Origin: Zootoca vivipara
Lineage: Eukaryota
DNA length: 64,000 bases
NCBI RefSeq assembly: GCF_963506605.1
Contig: NC_083279.1
Span: 22,878,001-22,942,000, forward strand
Direction: 5' to 3'
The translations under genes were made by a program, and so were the position numbers. Under the pieces are notes generated by a model. It did no database searches. It was not told the origin of the DNA and saw only the letters and a program-made list of their open reading frames with translations. This document shows, in pieces, positions 26,049 through 38,750 of this stretch (positions are counted from its first letter, which is position 1; each line of letters begins with the position of its first letter).

Positions 26049-27262
26049 TGACTTGTCATAGGCTGGAAGGAACTAGATAGTCTGATTTAAAGTGTATTCC
26101 AATGAGCTGCAAATTGGATCTGAGTGTCCATGGAATACAAAATGGAAGCCCTTTTTCTGCTCATCGGATAATGATGGAATGCTATAATAAATCAGAGTAT
26201 TAAGTGAGTGAGCCCTTTGTTCTGTTTAAAAGGATTGTTAGTAGCGATCATGAATATGCAGCCTAAAAACTCAACCTACAGTGAAATCTGCAGAGTGGAG
26301 ATTTGTTCATACATTTTAAATCCTGTTGCATACATTCATATTCTGCGTTGTGCTTATTTGTACTTTGCCCTCCAATTATATTTTATCATGTATTGTTCAC
26401 AAATAGAGGGCCTGATGAGTAGCTCTAAGTTACGGTACATTTTTTTATCAGAAGATTTCTGTAGCAATTACAATTTGATGGCCTGTCAGATGCACACAGT
26501 CAGTCACATAATTGGCTCTAATTATTATTATTTTTTAAAAAAGAATTCTGCTGTACAAGTAGCCAAAGAAAACAAGAAATGGGGATGAGAGGTTAAAATC
26601 TTAGTCAACTGCTTTTCCTCAGGAAATCCTGCAGTTTCAACAAAAAAGAGAGAGAAAACATGTGAGGGAATCATTCGCCTCACATGAAGAGAAGCTTTCC
26701 TAGACAGGTAATTCACCACAAGGGTGTATTTTCACATGAGGTTCCTTCGATACCTTAATTCTACCACAGCCTGCTCCAATTCTACATAATTTTGCCTAGA
26801 GGAAAGAGGAAGACGTTGCCTCTGACAATTCAAGCCTTCATTTTATTCATACAGAGCAACTTTGAAAGAAACAAGCCAATACAAAATTGCAAAAGCAACA
26901 ATGGTGAAAACACCATTGACTTTTCAGAGGACCTGAATGTGAAGCAGCAGACAGGGTGGCTAAAAGTTAGCGGGGCAGAGGGAACAAGCAACTTCTTATT
27001 GTTTAAAACATTCACATTCTGTCTCTCTTCAAAGGTTCAGGAAAGCTAATAAAGAGGAAAAATACAAATACAGTTTGCGGGGGTGTGGAGAAACAACTCA
27101 AAAATGACACTGTATTTTAAAAGTATGGGCAGATCAATGCCAAACTTTATTTACACTGGTGGGGGGGGGATGCAGGAGAGATAGGCTCCTGCTACATAGT
27201 GGTATTTTTCTAGAAAAAGAGGTGCCGGAACTCACCATGAACGCCTCCCTTGTTCTCTTATA

Positions 27263-27466
27263 CAGTGGTACCTTGGTACTCAAACGGCTTGGCTCCTGAA
27301 CAAATCGGCTCCCAAACACCGCAAACCCGGAAGTAAGTGTTCCGGTTTGGGAACGTTTTTCTGAAGCTCCTGCAGCCAGTCGGAAGCCACGCCTTGGTTT
27401 CCGAACGGTTTCGGGAGTCGAACAGACTCCCGGAATGGATTAAGTTTGAGAACCAAGGTGTCACTG
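27263..27466. mobile_element. Tc1/mariner MITE nested in a hAT-like MITE (~27197-27507)
   Basis: TA|CAGTGGTACCTTGG...CCAAGGTGTCACTG|TA. The joined flanks match the uninterrupted element at ~39885-40007. Confidence 0.85.
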
Positions 27467-27933
27467 TAATGGTTATGGCGCCCAGCTGAGAGGGGCCAGA
27501 ACTGAGTATATTGCTAAGCCCACGGAGAAGGGGGGGGGGAGAAACTGTGCTGATAGAGACAACTAGAAAAGCTAACCAACAAACTGAAACTAACACGGGG
27601 ACAAATAAGAGGACACCTTCATCTCCAGTGTGGCTCCCCTTTATTACACACACAGCCCCACAAGACAACAAGAAGAACCCACCAACAGCACAAGAATCTC
27701 CATGGCTAACTTGTCCCAGCAACCGCTGCCCTTCACACAAACAGACCTCATTGCAGTCAACTCAAGGCAACCAACCATGCCTCAATGCCCGTGGAAACTA
27801 ATAAATGAATAAGAAGAAAACCTACCCACAAGATGCTGACACAAAAACCTCACATACACTATGGAAAAGAATGAAAGTTTACAACCCTCTTTCTCTCCAC
27901 CCCCCCCAGCTCTTTTGCTCCCCAAACTTTATA

Positions 27934-28580
27934 CAGTGCTACCTTGGTTTAAGAGCAGTTTAGTTTATGAACAACTTGGAAATAGAACGCTGCAAACCCA
28001 GAAGTACTGTAGGTGTTTTGGTTTGTGGGTGTAGTCCATTTGTAAACTGAGTCCCCCACTGCTAATCAGAGGCTTCCTGTTGAGTCTGTCGGCTGTTCAG
28101 TCCCGAGCACTCACACAACACAGAGGTGATATTTGGAGCTTTTGTTTTTGATTTTTTTTGTGTTTTTGTTTGTGTGGCTTTTTCATTTTTTTGACTGTGC
28201 CTTGTTACTTCGTTTTGTGACTTGTTTTTGTGACTGTGTGGAACCCAGTTCAGCTACTGGTTGATTGTGTGACTGCAGAAATGGATAAAAGCCCCCCATC
28301 CAAACAATGACTATCATCAGTGCACATAAGAAAAAAATTAATTTTTATTTTTATCATCTACAGTAATGTCTTATTTATTTTATAGCACAGTACATTGTCT
28401 TCATCTTATGGATCAATGGTCTCATTAGATAGTAGAATTCATGTTAAATTGCTGTTTTAGGGGTTGTTTTTCATTGTCTGGAACGGATTAATACATTAAA
28501 TGCCTTGGTTTAAGAATGCTTTGGTTTAAGAACAGATTCCGGAACAGATTACGGTAAATTCATAAACCGAGGTACCACTG
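27934..28580. mobile_element. Tc1/mariner (Tigger-like) non-autonomous element, 647 bp
   Basis: TA|CAGTGCTACCTTGGTTTA...TAAACCGAGGTACCACTG|TA. Confidence 0.85.
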
Positions 28581-28729
28581 TACTGTATAAAACATCAAAG
28601 TCTCACAGATATGACTGATCTGTAGAAAGAATTTTTGGATCTGAAAAGAGAGACAATGTATGTACTTTTGCAACCCAACAAAATCTTTACACACACACAC
28701 ACCTTCAGAGATCAGTACCTGCAAGGCAT

Positions 28730-28818
28730 CATAGCTGCCAAGTTATCCCTTTTTTAAGGGATTTCCCCTTATGCTGAATAGGCTTCCTCGTGAGAAAAGG
28801 GAAAACTTGGCAGCTATG
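28730..28818. mobile_element. 89-bp hAT MITE
   Basis: CATAGCTGCCAAGTT TIRs and TSD CAAGGCAT. Confidence 0.9.
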
Positions 28819-30039
28819 CAAGGCATGGCTTTGGGTATGTGCACAGTTCCACATTATACATTAAACGTGGAAAATTTCAGGTGGGATTCCATCACATTCT
28901 GGCAAATTCAGGATGTGCAAAAGTTGATTGTGCAAAAGTTGATTGGGTGCTCTTGCTCAACAACCCCCCCCCTCCATATTGGACTTTTTGCAAGAAAAGC
29001 ACTGGGAAGTTTTGGATACTATAATTCTTACTTGATGCATTGCTTGCTTGTATAAACACCCTACGAACTAATCAGAATAAATGCTCAGTAAATTGCCAAC
29101 ATAATCTAACCACCCCGCAATTTTTGTGCAAACAAATCAGGATGAATGCTCAATAAACAGGTTGTTTGGAAGGAACCATCACCGTATTTCTCGGCTAACA
29201 GCTACAATGCTCCTATATGCTTATGTGAATCTGCGCGTGGTTATATTCCCCATGACAATTAATCCATCTGCAACACTCCAAATAAATGCTAATGGAATAA
29301 AATGTCGGATATGAAAAGAAATGAATGAACCCCAATGGGAAACTGCTTTAATTAATTAGAAGAAGCATCACAGAACACGTTCATTCCTCAAATGCCTCAT
29401 GGAAAGAACTTTCCCCGGCTAATACAGACAAAGTGAAATTAATTACTCTTAGCAAAAATGTAAAGACAAATCCTGTCCACAGCTGATCCCGAGTCCTGTT
29501 TCACAAAAAATCCTATCACACTCAGCAGCATCTCATTGTTTAACATGAGTGGAACAGAGTTTAAAGAAATGTCTGCTTTTTAAAATACAATACAGGCTGT
29601 TACAATAACCCTTGCTTTCCTCTGGGCATCTGTTACTTTTCCACTCTGTATTTTAATAGGATTTTTATAGGTGCTGAACAGATAAATTTATAGCTCTAGG
29701 GTTACCCTGCTACCTCTTGGGCTTTGTACAAGGGAGAGAAGGAAAATAAAGTGCTTCCCCACTCTTAGTTAGAACTGACAGCAAGAAAGAAACGGCCATA
29801 CAGAAATTTGATTTTGCAGGCCCTGCTACCCGCGGGGCATTGCAAGAGAGCCAAACCAACTTTCCTATCTCCACAGAGAGAAAACTCATAAGTCTGATGC
29901 AAGCAGTGCTGAGTTATGCACCAGATAACCTTGGACAAGTCAGATTCCCAGCCTTAACTTTCCCCAGCGATGACCACATGTCATCACAATTTCGAGAGAG
30001 ACTGTAAGTAATGCGGGCTGGGAAAACTACACCACAAAA

Positions 30040-30190
30040 GCTCCTGCAGCCAATCAAAAGCCGTGGAAGCCCCATCAGACGTTCAGCTTCCAAAAATAGT
30101 TCACAAAGCAGAACACTCACTTCCGGGTTAGAGGCGTTCGGGAGCCCAAACGTTCAAGAACTAAGCTGTTTGAAAACCAAGGTATGACTG
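30040..30190. mobile_element. Tc1/mariner MITE fragment (one TIR)
   Basis: Ends aaccaaggtatgactg|ta. The internal sequence resembles 27263-27466 and 35068-35294. Confidence 0.7.
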
Positions 30191-31231
30191 TATTACCTGT
30201 GTTGCGTGTTCCCTACCTTGCTGCAATCAATTGGCAGGGTTGCTCTGTCTATGTCTCAAGTTATTGGCATAAATTCAGATTTGTTTATTTTTGGAATATT
30301 TAGGGGGCAAGTAATGATGGCATTATAAAAGTCACACGTATTCCGTAAGTGCATCTCCATGAATCACTAGATTTGGAATATTTGAACCTCTAAAGGGTTG
30401 CGTGTGTGATTTAATTGGCACCCATTAATGCAAATTGCTGTTTGACACGGAGCTGATTCTTTCTGCAAAAGTACTGAGGAATAAGCTCAATCTTACCACC
30501 ACATTTTAAAATACAGATAAATGACACACACGGCTGGTTGCTGTTCAGGGAGAAGGAGATGATAGAAGAGGCAAAAAAGGACCATAGAGAAGATAAAGCA
30601 CAAGAGAAACAAGACAATATGAGAGGCAATCACCAGGTAATCGTGTGCATAGGTGCTAGACAAGAAGGAAGTGTTACAAAAGAACAAATTATGTTTCAAA
30701 GTCAACTATGTGCCAGATATTAAGCAGCACGTTTGGCAATTCCAGAAACGGGCCAATGGAATAAAGAAAATCGGACAAAAATGTCAAGACACACATGAAA
30801 CAAGATATTTCTTGTCGAAGACTGAAAGAGAAAGGTAGAGTTGCCAAATATTAAATGTACTCTTTTGAGTAACTTATTACCCTGATATTTTTGGTCTTTT
30901 GCAAAGACAAAAAAAAATGCAAAGGGTAACAAACAAATGTTCTTTACAGCTTCTTATGCCATATTTGCTTTGCTCTCTCATATTAGTGACCTTTTTCCTC
31001 TCTGAAATTGCTTTTTCCATTCTGTCTGGGGTGGTTCCTGATATTTTCTTCTTTTGTTTTATAGACTTTGATTTTCTGACAGATAGTTTTCAGATCATGC
31101 CCACCCCCCACACTCTCCCCAAAATGCTGACTTTTAATCAGCACTGTACAGACAGGGAATGAGGGGGCGAGATGGAGTGACTTCACCAATAGCTTTTCAA
31201 AGAGTTTGTGGATGAGCAAGGACAACCGCAT

Positions 31232-31405
31232 ACTTAAAACTGTCTTATACCACTTTAACGTCAGTGCTTCCCCCAAAGAATCCTGGGATCTGTACTTTGT
31301 TAAGGGCGCTGAGAGTTGTTTGGGGAACCTCAACAAACTACAGTTCCCAGGATTCTTTGCAGAAAGCCATGACTGCTAAAGTGGTATAAGAGTGATTTAA
31401 AAGCA
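31232..31405. mobile_element. Palindromic MITE
   Basis: Inverted arms ttataccacttta / taaagtggtataa and caaagaatcctggga / tcccaggattctttg. A related piece lies at ~44085-44190. Confidence 0.7.
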
Positions 31406-32557
31406 TGGGGTGCTTTTCAAATAAGTTTTTACTCACAGACATTAGTAGACCTAACTTCATCATATTATTTTTTTTCCATTTCAGGGGTTCTACTCTAAGT
31501 AAAACATAGATGATTACCACCCCATGATGTGAATGTGCATTAAATTCTAGATCATTCTGTATTGCAAACTGGACAGTTTTAAGTAAAGTTGTACAGGATT
31601 CGAGATTTTGTTTTTGGCTGTTCTGTCAATGTCACCACCCAAACTTGAAGTGTCCATTTCAAAGCAAGTGTGAACACTTGTGAACACCGAAATGAATTAA
31701 CCCGATGCAAACGGATGGTTGCAGTTTTTATGGTTTGGGAGAGGTGGCAAAGGCAAACTTATTGCCAAGAAGACAGATATATCAGGCAAAGGGATTATCC
31801 ATGGCGCGTAAACTTGCATAGCCATGTGGTGGGTGGAGGGGGTGAGGATCTTTGAGAAAATGCATTCAATACCTGGAACCTGGAAATCGAAAGAAATGCC
31901 ACATTCTTCTTTTTCTGTCAATCAAGTATTAGTCAGGCAGGGTGTGGAGGTGAAGATATGATTGTTCCTTTTGTGACACTCTAAAGGATTTGAATTTTCC
32001 GACAACTGGAACTAAGCTGAGAAGAAAACTCTGTTACTGAAAGAAATAATGTGCGCTTGTGATCGGGGAGGATACAATATCATAGAAAAGGGACTGTTGA
32101 TTTGAGCTTTCCTTTAGTTTAAGAGTTTGCCTTTGGTCTGCAGAGAGGAAAAACACAATGAGTCTCTACCTAATGCTAAACTTTCACACGTCACAAAGAA
32201 CTGCCATTTTCCACTTCACCATAGGCCAATGCCAGCAGAAGGAAAAGACACGTATCATAATGGCACAAAGCTACAGGTTAAGAGCACGGAAATGATAGGG
32301 AAACTCCATGCACAATTTATGGTGGCAGACCTATGTTCTTTTAACATATGGTGGTTCCTCCATAAATTGTGCCAGCCTGGCACTATTATTGTGAACAATA
32401 TTTTGCATGCATTGCCAAATGTTAGTTGTCTTTACAAGGATCCTATAAGGCAGGCCAGTGGCCTCAAAATATAGGTGCTTATTACAAATATCGGACCTTA
32501 ATATGGATCTGTAATGTCCCAAATATTCCAGCATTTTGCTTCATTGAATGTCAACTA

Positions 32558-32749
32558 CAGTGGGACCTCCGGTTACGTAACCCTCTGGTTACGTAAACTT
32601 CAGGATGCGAAAGTGGCAAACCTGGAAGTATTTGACCAGGTTTCGCCGCACACCTATGCGCAGAAGCGGTCCTCAGGTTGCAGAAACCTCGGGATCCAAC
32701 CAGACCTCCAGAATGGATCCCGTCTGCAACCGGAGGTACAGTACCACTG
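32558..32749. mobile_element. Tc1/mariner MITE
   Basis: TA|CAGTGGGACCTCCGGTT...AACCGGAGGTAC(AGTAC)CACTG|TA. Confidence 0.8.
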
Positions 32750-33160
32750 TAGTTCTAGTGTTATGAGAGAGGGAGGGAAAAAACTTTTCTTTATCCATTT
32801 TCTCCATGCCATGGATGATTTTATAGACTTCTGTCATGTTGCCTCCCTACTCATCTTTTCTCTAAGCTAAAAAGTCCCTGTTGTACGTCCTGTTCAGACA
32901 TTCATCTGAACACAAATGGAGGAAGAATGGCAAGACATTCAAATAAGTGCCCCTGTTTTCCAGGGCCAGTCCGGATGTACAGAAGTCATCCTGGTTTCTG
33001 ATTTAGATGATGGGAAATTGCTGTCTGCAGCGATATCAAAAGAAAGCATTACGGTACCAGCGACACACATTCCCTGTGAGGCTTTTTGGTCGCAGGTATT
33101 CAAAACTGCCCTGAAGAAACTTGAGTAGAGGATAATGCATCCAAGTCAACAAGATGGACT

Positions 33161-33291
33161 CATGGGCATAGCCAGGGGGGGGCAGGGGGGGCAGCTGACC
33201 CCACTAAATCAATAAAAATACATAGCTAACTGAGGTTCTCCTCCCCAAAAAGGCCCACCCACCCCCAACAAAAAACCAGGCTACCCTCATG
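33161..33291. mobile_element. hAT MITE
   Basis: CATGGGCATAGCC / GGCTACCCTCATG TIRs and TSD GATGG(A/G)CT. Confidence 0.75.
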
Positions 33292-35067
33292 GATGGGCTG
33301 CAAGATTTACTTCTGTCAAGCTCTTCATCAGTTATAATGCTCTGATTTATAGGTGCTTTAGGCCTCAGCAAGCCTGTCCTCGGAGTTAGGAGCCAGGCTG
33401 ATGAACCAACAGAACAATAATGTTCCATCTAACCACAACAGAGCCCAGAACATGGTTGCCTGGGAGAGTCAGATAGGAAAGGAGGGATATACCCAGAGTG
33501 ATTCTAGGGGGACAGAAAGAGAGCGTTTCAGAGCTACATTCATATATATCGCATCAATAATTCACTTGTCACTTCAGCCCACTGGCAAGCCAAGTAAGTT
33601 TCACAATGACAACTTTCAATATTCTGTGCATTTCGGTTGCGCAGGGCTGATCTCTTTGTTTCTTCTTTTTTTATTTTCTTTATATGAATCATTGATCACC
33701 TGCTTAATATCTTTCCATATTATAAGAGGAGATCATTAATAAATTAGAGTCCCGTTCGGAGGGGAAGGAGGAAATCTAGAATTTCAATGCTGTGGCACAA
33801 TACTCCCCACACACTAAAAAAAGGGGGGGGGGAGATAAACACGGCTCTTTTCCTCTCCCTTTAGTGAGTCATGCAGCATCTATGTGGTGTTTGCCCCTCT
33901 CCCTCTTTTGTGTGTGTTAGATTCCATTATCTCTTCTAACCTCTCTGCCCTGGCCTTCTGACTGCCTGACACCTCCACCACATGGGGTTAGGCTACCTTG
34001 GGGCTTCCCCTTTGAGCGCTCTTTTGTAAACGCTCCTTTCAGAAGTCAAACAAGGCGATGCAATTATGAAGCAATCCAGGAACCTCTGTCCCCCTCCTCC
34101 TTTCTTCCTCCATTTAACTTCTTGAGTCAGGTCTCGTGCATGCGCAGCTTTGTAGGAGATAAATTATAGGGGTTAAAGTGACCTGTGATTATCTGAATTG
34201 AATCTGACATGGATATACTGGAGTCTAAACATTGCATTGGCCCTTGGCGGGCTGTTAAGCCCCAGCAATTCAACCGGCAGATATTTCTTACCCTTGCCCT
34301 CCATCGGATGAGCCAAAATGCTCATATTCTTATCCTCTGAGGAGATGGAAGCTTTAACTGATAATTTTGTCTGGTTTTTTTTTTAAAAAAAGCCAGCCAT
34401 TCTTTCAAATCAACTGATAACCTTAGGCAGCAATGACCTCACTCAATTAGTGCTTTACCTTGCGCAACTGGCCTATGTATGAACTGGCATGAGCACTCTG
34501 GGAGTTAAGTCAGAGGCAGATGAACAGCCAAATATATTTTTTTTTGGGGGGGGAGATTGCATTTATCCTAGGCATCTTGTTTTAAAAAAACAAGAACAGC
34601 CGACCTTCTATTTTAAAAAAAGGAGAAAGAAACAGTTCAATACAACAGACTGTCTAATAATTTTGCCTCAAGGGAAAAGGAGTGTTGAAAGGTATGAACT
34701 GGATAGGTTTTAACTTAGTTTTTAACAATTAATGCCAAATTGTACAAGCTTATTATTTTAAACGAAGGTATTCTGTATTTTGATTCAGTTAAGAGAGAGA
34801 GGGGTGGGGAGAGAGAGATTTGAAAGCGTATGGGAGATTGTGAGTACTGTTTAAAATAAAAGTGTCCCGTCCCCTGAAATGTGTATCTGTTTTGAAAATT
34901 AATCTTGTGAATAAAAAAAGATAGCAGGAAAATGGGAAGAGGCAAGCTTAAGTGCTTCCTCCTCCCCCTGATGCTTTGCCATTTTAAATGACACTGGAAG
35001 TCAGCAATAGACATTAGCATAAAATGTGTAGTTAGATGCTGAGAACGACAAGACTACAATTAATATA

Positions 35068-35294
35068 CAGTCATACCTTGGATCCCGAACACCTTGTGAC
35101 TTGAACGTTTTGGCTCCCGAATGCCGCAAACCCAGTTTTGTGAATGTTCTTTGGAACCTGAATGTCCGACGCAACTTTTGCAGCTTCCGGTTGGCTTCTT
35201 ACAGCCGATCAGAAGCCGTGCCTTGGTTCCTGAACGTTTTGGAAGTTGAACAGACTTCTGGAACAGATTCCGTTCGACTTCCGAGATTCCACTG
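35068..35294. mobile_element. Tc1/mariner MITE
   Basis: TA|CAGTCATACCTTGGA...TCCGAGATTCCACTG|TA. Confidence 0.8.
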
Positions 35295-36109
35295 TATTGT
35301 CTTCTTCCGGGAGGGGAGAGACACTAGTCATTTATTGCAAGTGGTGGCTCGAGGGCTGCATACAGCTAAGGGGAGTCTGGTCCACTTGAGTGAATGAGAC
35401 ACCCCACACAACCAAGCACGCTCAGATGGGGCCCTCAGCCAGCCCCTATCTGCCTGCCTTCTTTCTTACAACCAGTCAGGGTGGGGGGGGGCACTGCCTC
35501 CAAGCTTCCCCTTGTTTAGTCTCAAGATCTTGGGATTTCCTAGCTACACCAGCATACCTCCCTGATCCCAGCTCAGCTGGGAAGAGCCCAGTGTCTCTTC
35601 CTCAGCCCAGCTGAGTTGAGGCTATGCCAGACCAGCTGAAGCTCAGCCGGTAGAAGTAAAACCAATGGAACATACACCTGCAGGAGTCCCCAAAGAAAGG
35701 GCATTTCAGGGCTGTAGTTGTTACAGGCAGAGGTGGATTTAGGGCAGCACGGCTGATTCCGCCTGGGCACTGAGCCTAGGGGGCGTTGCAGGGCGTCACA
35801 ACCAATGACTAGTGCATGCGCAGAATGGAAAGTGAGAGAAGGGGGGCACCAAATGTTGGCCTTGCGCAGGGTGCTACTGAAATCAGCAAGACCGAAGTCC
35901 ACCGGGATAGGGCAAGGAGAGACCCGCGCCTTTATCAAAACTCTCTCAGCTCAGCCATGTGGCCTGGCAACCAAGCAGAACTTCAGCTGGCAGGAAGGGT
36001 GGTATCAGTCAAACTCTATTGTGCAGGCTTGTTTTCAGCTCAGCTCAGCTTGCAGTAGCCCCACTCCTGAATAGAGTTTGCAACAAGGATAACCTCAGGT
36101 TAAGGTTGT

Positions 36110-36606
36110 ATGTAGATATGTAGGTATGTAGGTATGCATGCATGTATGTATGTATGTATGTATGTATGTATGTATGTATGTATGTGTTTGATTTAGATGC
36201 CACTCTTCATCATAAGTTCTCAAGGTGGTTCACAAAATAAAATACAGGATAAAAAGAAGCAAAGGATAAAGAAACAATACAGCAAAAGAATCACACACAC
36301 ACACCCTCTTTCGACAGGCACATTTAAAAGGCTGTAGAATATTAATCATCCCAAGGCCTGGTTGAAGAGGAACATTTTTGTCTGACGCCTAAAAATAGAT
36401 CATGAAGGCACCAGGCAAACCTCCCTGGGGAGAGCATTCCACAAACGAGGGCCACTGCAGGAAAGGCCCCGTTCTTGTGTTGCCACCCTCTGGACCTCTT
36501 GTGGAAGAGGCACAAAAAGAAGGGCCTCAGATGATGAACACAGCATCCGGGTCGGTTTGTAAGGGGATAGGCAGGCCTTGAGGTATTGCAGTCCTGAGCC
36601 GTTTGC
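36110..36606 (-). mobile_element. L2-type LINE 3' fragment with (TACA)n tail
   Basis: Homologous to 15790-16220. (TATG)n run at ~36110-36185. Confidence 0.85.
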
Positions 36607-37381
36607 ATAAATTTTGCTGATTTCCTTTACTTAGGATTGCTCTATAAATTTGCATCCAACCAACCCACTGTTTGTTGCTAAAAAAAATATTCATCTTCAG
36701 CCAACTTTTTCCTGGCATAGTTAACAAGCAAAGCCCCCCCCCTCTTTGTTCTCAAAGAGCTGTTTAAGGTACTGCAGTCATTCCAGAAAAACAAAAGGAA
36801 GCATCGGCAACTGCCCTTGAACCTTAGAGAGATGCACTAGCTTTCAAGAGCATGTTGTCTTGTTCATCCCCCAGGTTGCTGCTCTTAACTCTGCACAGTA
36901 GCAAAGTCACTCCGCGGCTCTTGACAGATCAAATTCCTTTATCAGTTGATGAAACTGTCCCATGTTAAGGCCATCACAGAGGATAACCTTGTATCTCACT
37001 TCTCTGGGTTGTCAGGCCGAAGAATTTCTGTGCTGAAAGGTGCCACTGGGGGAGCCTGGAGAAATCAGACATTATCTTCTCGGAGCTGGAAAGATGAAAG
37101 AAAGAAGCTGATTGCTTCGGTTATGGAATGGGTGAACTGGATATCATCATTAGTGCTTCATCATTCTAGTCCACTTTCCTTGCCCTAAGACAGAATAAAC
37201 TGAAGCACCCTGTTAATAGCATCTGTACTCAGCGGTAAATTGATCTCATTATGCTATTGTACGGCGGGAAATATAATGCAAGCTAAATTAGTGCAACAGT
37301 TATCAGACTTATATCTTGTTGGGATGGTGGCTGCAGGCATCGTCCACCCTCCCCCTTCATTGCTTCTTTTTACCACAGATC

Positions 37382-37500
37382 ATAGAATAGATTCACAGAA
37401 TTGTGGAGCTGGAAGGGACCACGAGGGTCATCTAGTCTAACCCCCTGCAATGCAGGAATCTTTAGCCCAACATGGGACTCGAACCCATGAACTAGATGTG
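37382..37500 (-). mobile_element. tRNA-Lys-derived SINE with CR1-like tail, 5'-truncated
   Basis: Reverse complement of the 3' two-thirds of 48551-48688. Confidence 0.7.
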
Positions 37501-37519
37501 AGATCACCTAGAAGCCCAT

Positions 37520-37822
37520 GTTGTTGTTGTTTGGTCATTTAGTCGTGTCTGACTCTTCATGACCCCATGGACCATAGCACGCCAGGCACTCCTGTCTTCC
37601 ACTGCCTCCCACAATTTGGTCAAACTCATGTTGGTAGCTTCGAGAACACTGCCCAACCATCTCATCCTCTGTCGTCCCCTTCTCCTAGTGCCCGCAATCT
37701 TTCCCAGCATCAGGGTCTTTTCCAGGGAGTCTTCTCTTCTCATGAGGTGGCCAAAGTATTGGAGCCTCAGCTTCAGGATCTGTCCTTCCAGTGAGCACTC
37801 AGGGCTGATTTCCTTCCGAATG
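37520..37822 (-). mobile_element. BovB (RTE) LINE 3' end
   Basis: ORF MRREDSLEKTLMLGKIAGTRRRGRQRMRWL, (CAA)n tail and TSD GAAGCCCAT at 37511-37519 and 37823-37831. Confidence 0.92.
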
Positions 37823-38578
37823 GAAGCCCATACATACCTACATCAGCAGCTGGAAAAAGACTGGTGTATAAATATCAATCAGTTAATTCATTCAGTCCCC
37901 CAATAGTTGCATTTTTTTATTTAAAAAAATACGTACCAGTGTATTGTCTTAGCATCTATATCACGCATACACACACGCCACATTTTTGCATTCAGGTTTG
38001 CTTTAAACCTAGAGAAGTCTATCATTTGTCAAGAATCTGTCATGTCCTTGTCTTTAATAAAATTGTTAACATTGATTTGAACAACCGAAAATTGTCACCT
38101 CGGTTAATGGAAGAGAGGAGGAAAAGTGTCCAAGAATTCATTTGCTGGAGATTAAAATATGAAGGAAAAGAAAACCAAGGCAGCTTTTGATTTGTGTTCT
38201 CCCCCCCCCGCCCGCCCCCCACTCCTCTAAGTGCATGGAGGGGGACTGTTTAGAAGCATGAATGAATGCCTGTGGGGATAAGAAGAAGAAATACGCAGAA
38301 GATGGCATGCTTGACACTTTATGATTCTTCTAAGTGAAATACTGGAATGTGTTAGAAAATGTCAGCTTGAATTAGAATGCAAGCTGTGCACAGATTGGGT
38401 GGGAAAAATAGGTGTCTAGGCCTGTCTAGGACAGCAAAATATATACCTACACAAGGATTGTGGCGCAGACAGACTTGGAAGTGGACTTATCTACCTGATT
38501 ACTTAATATGGATATTATTCAGAGGAGGGGAGAGAGTCCTCCCTCTCCACCCTGATTTTCCTCGTCTCAGAGTATGTG

Positions 38579-38750
38579 TAATAATAATAATAATAATAAT
38601 TATTATTATTATTATTATTATTTATTTATACCCCGCCCATCTGGCCGGGTTCCCCCAACCACTCTGGGCGGCTTCCAACAAAACAGAAATTCTAAAATAC
38701 AGAAATCCATCAAACATTAAAATACAGAAATCCATCAAACATTAAAACAT
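38579..38750 (-). mobile_element. Short L2-like 3' end with palindromic (TAA)7(TTA)7 tail and 25-bp tandem duplication
   Basis: tttatttataccccgccc...ctctgggcggctt motif. TAAAATACAGAAATCCATCAAACAT occurs twice at 38693-38742. Confidence 0.7.
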
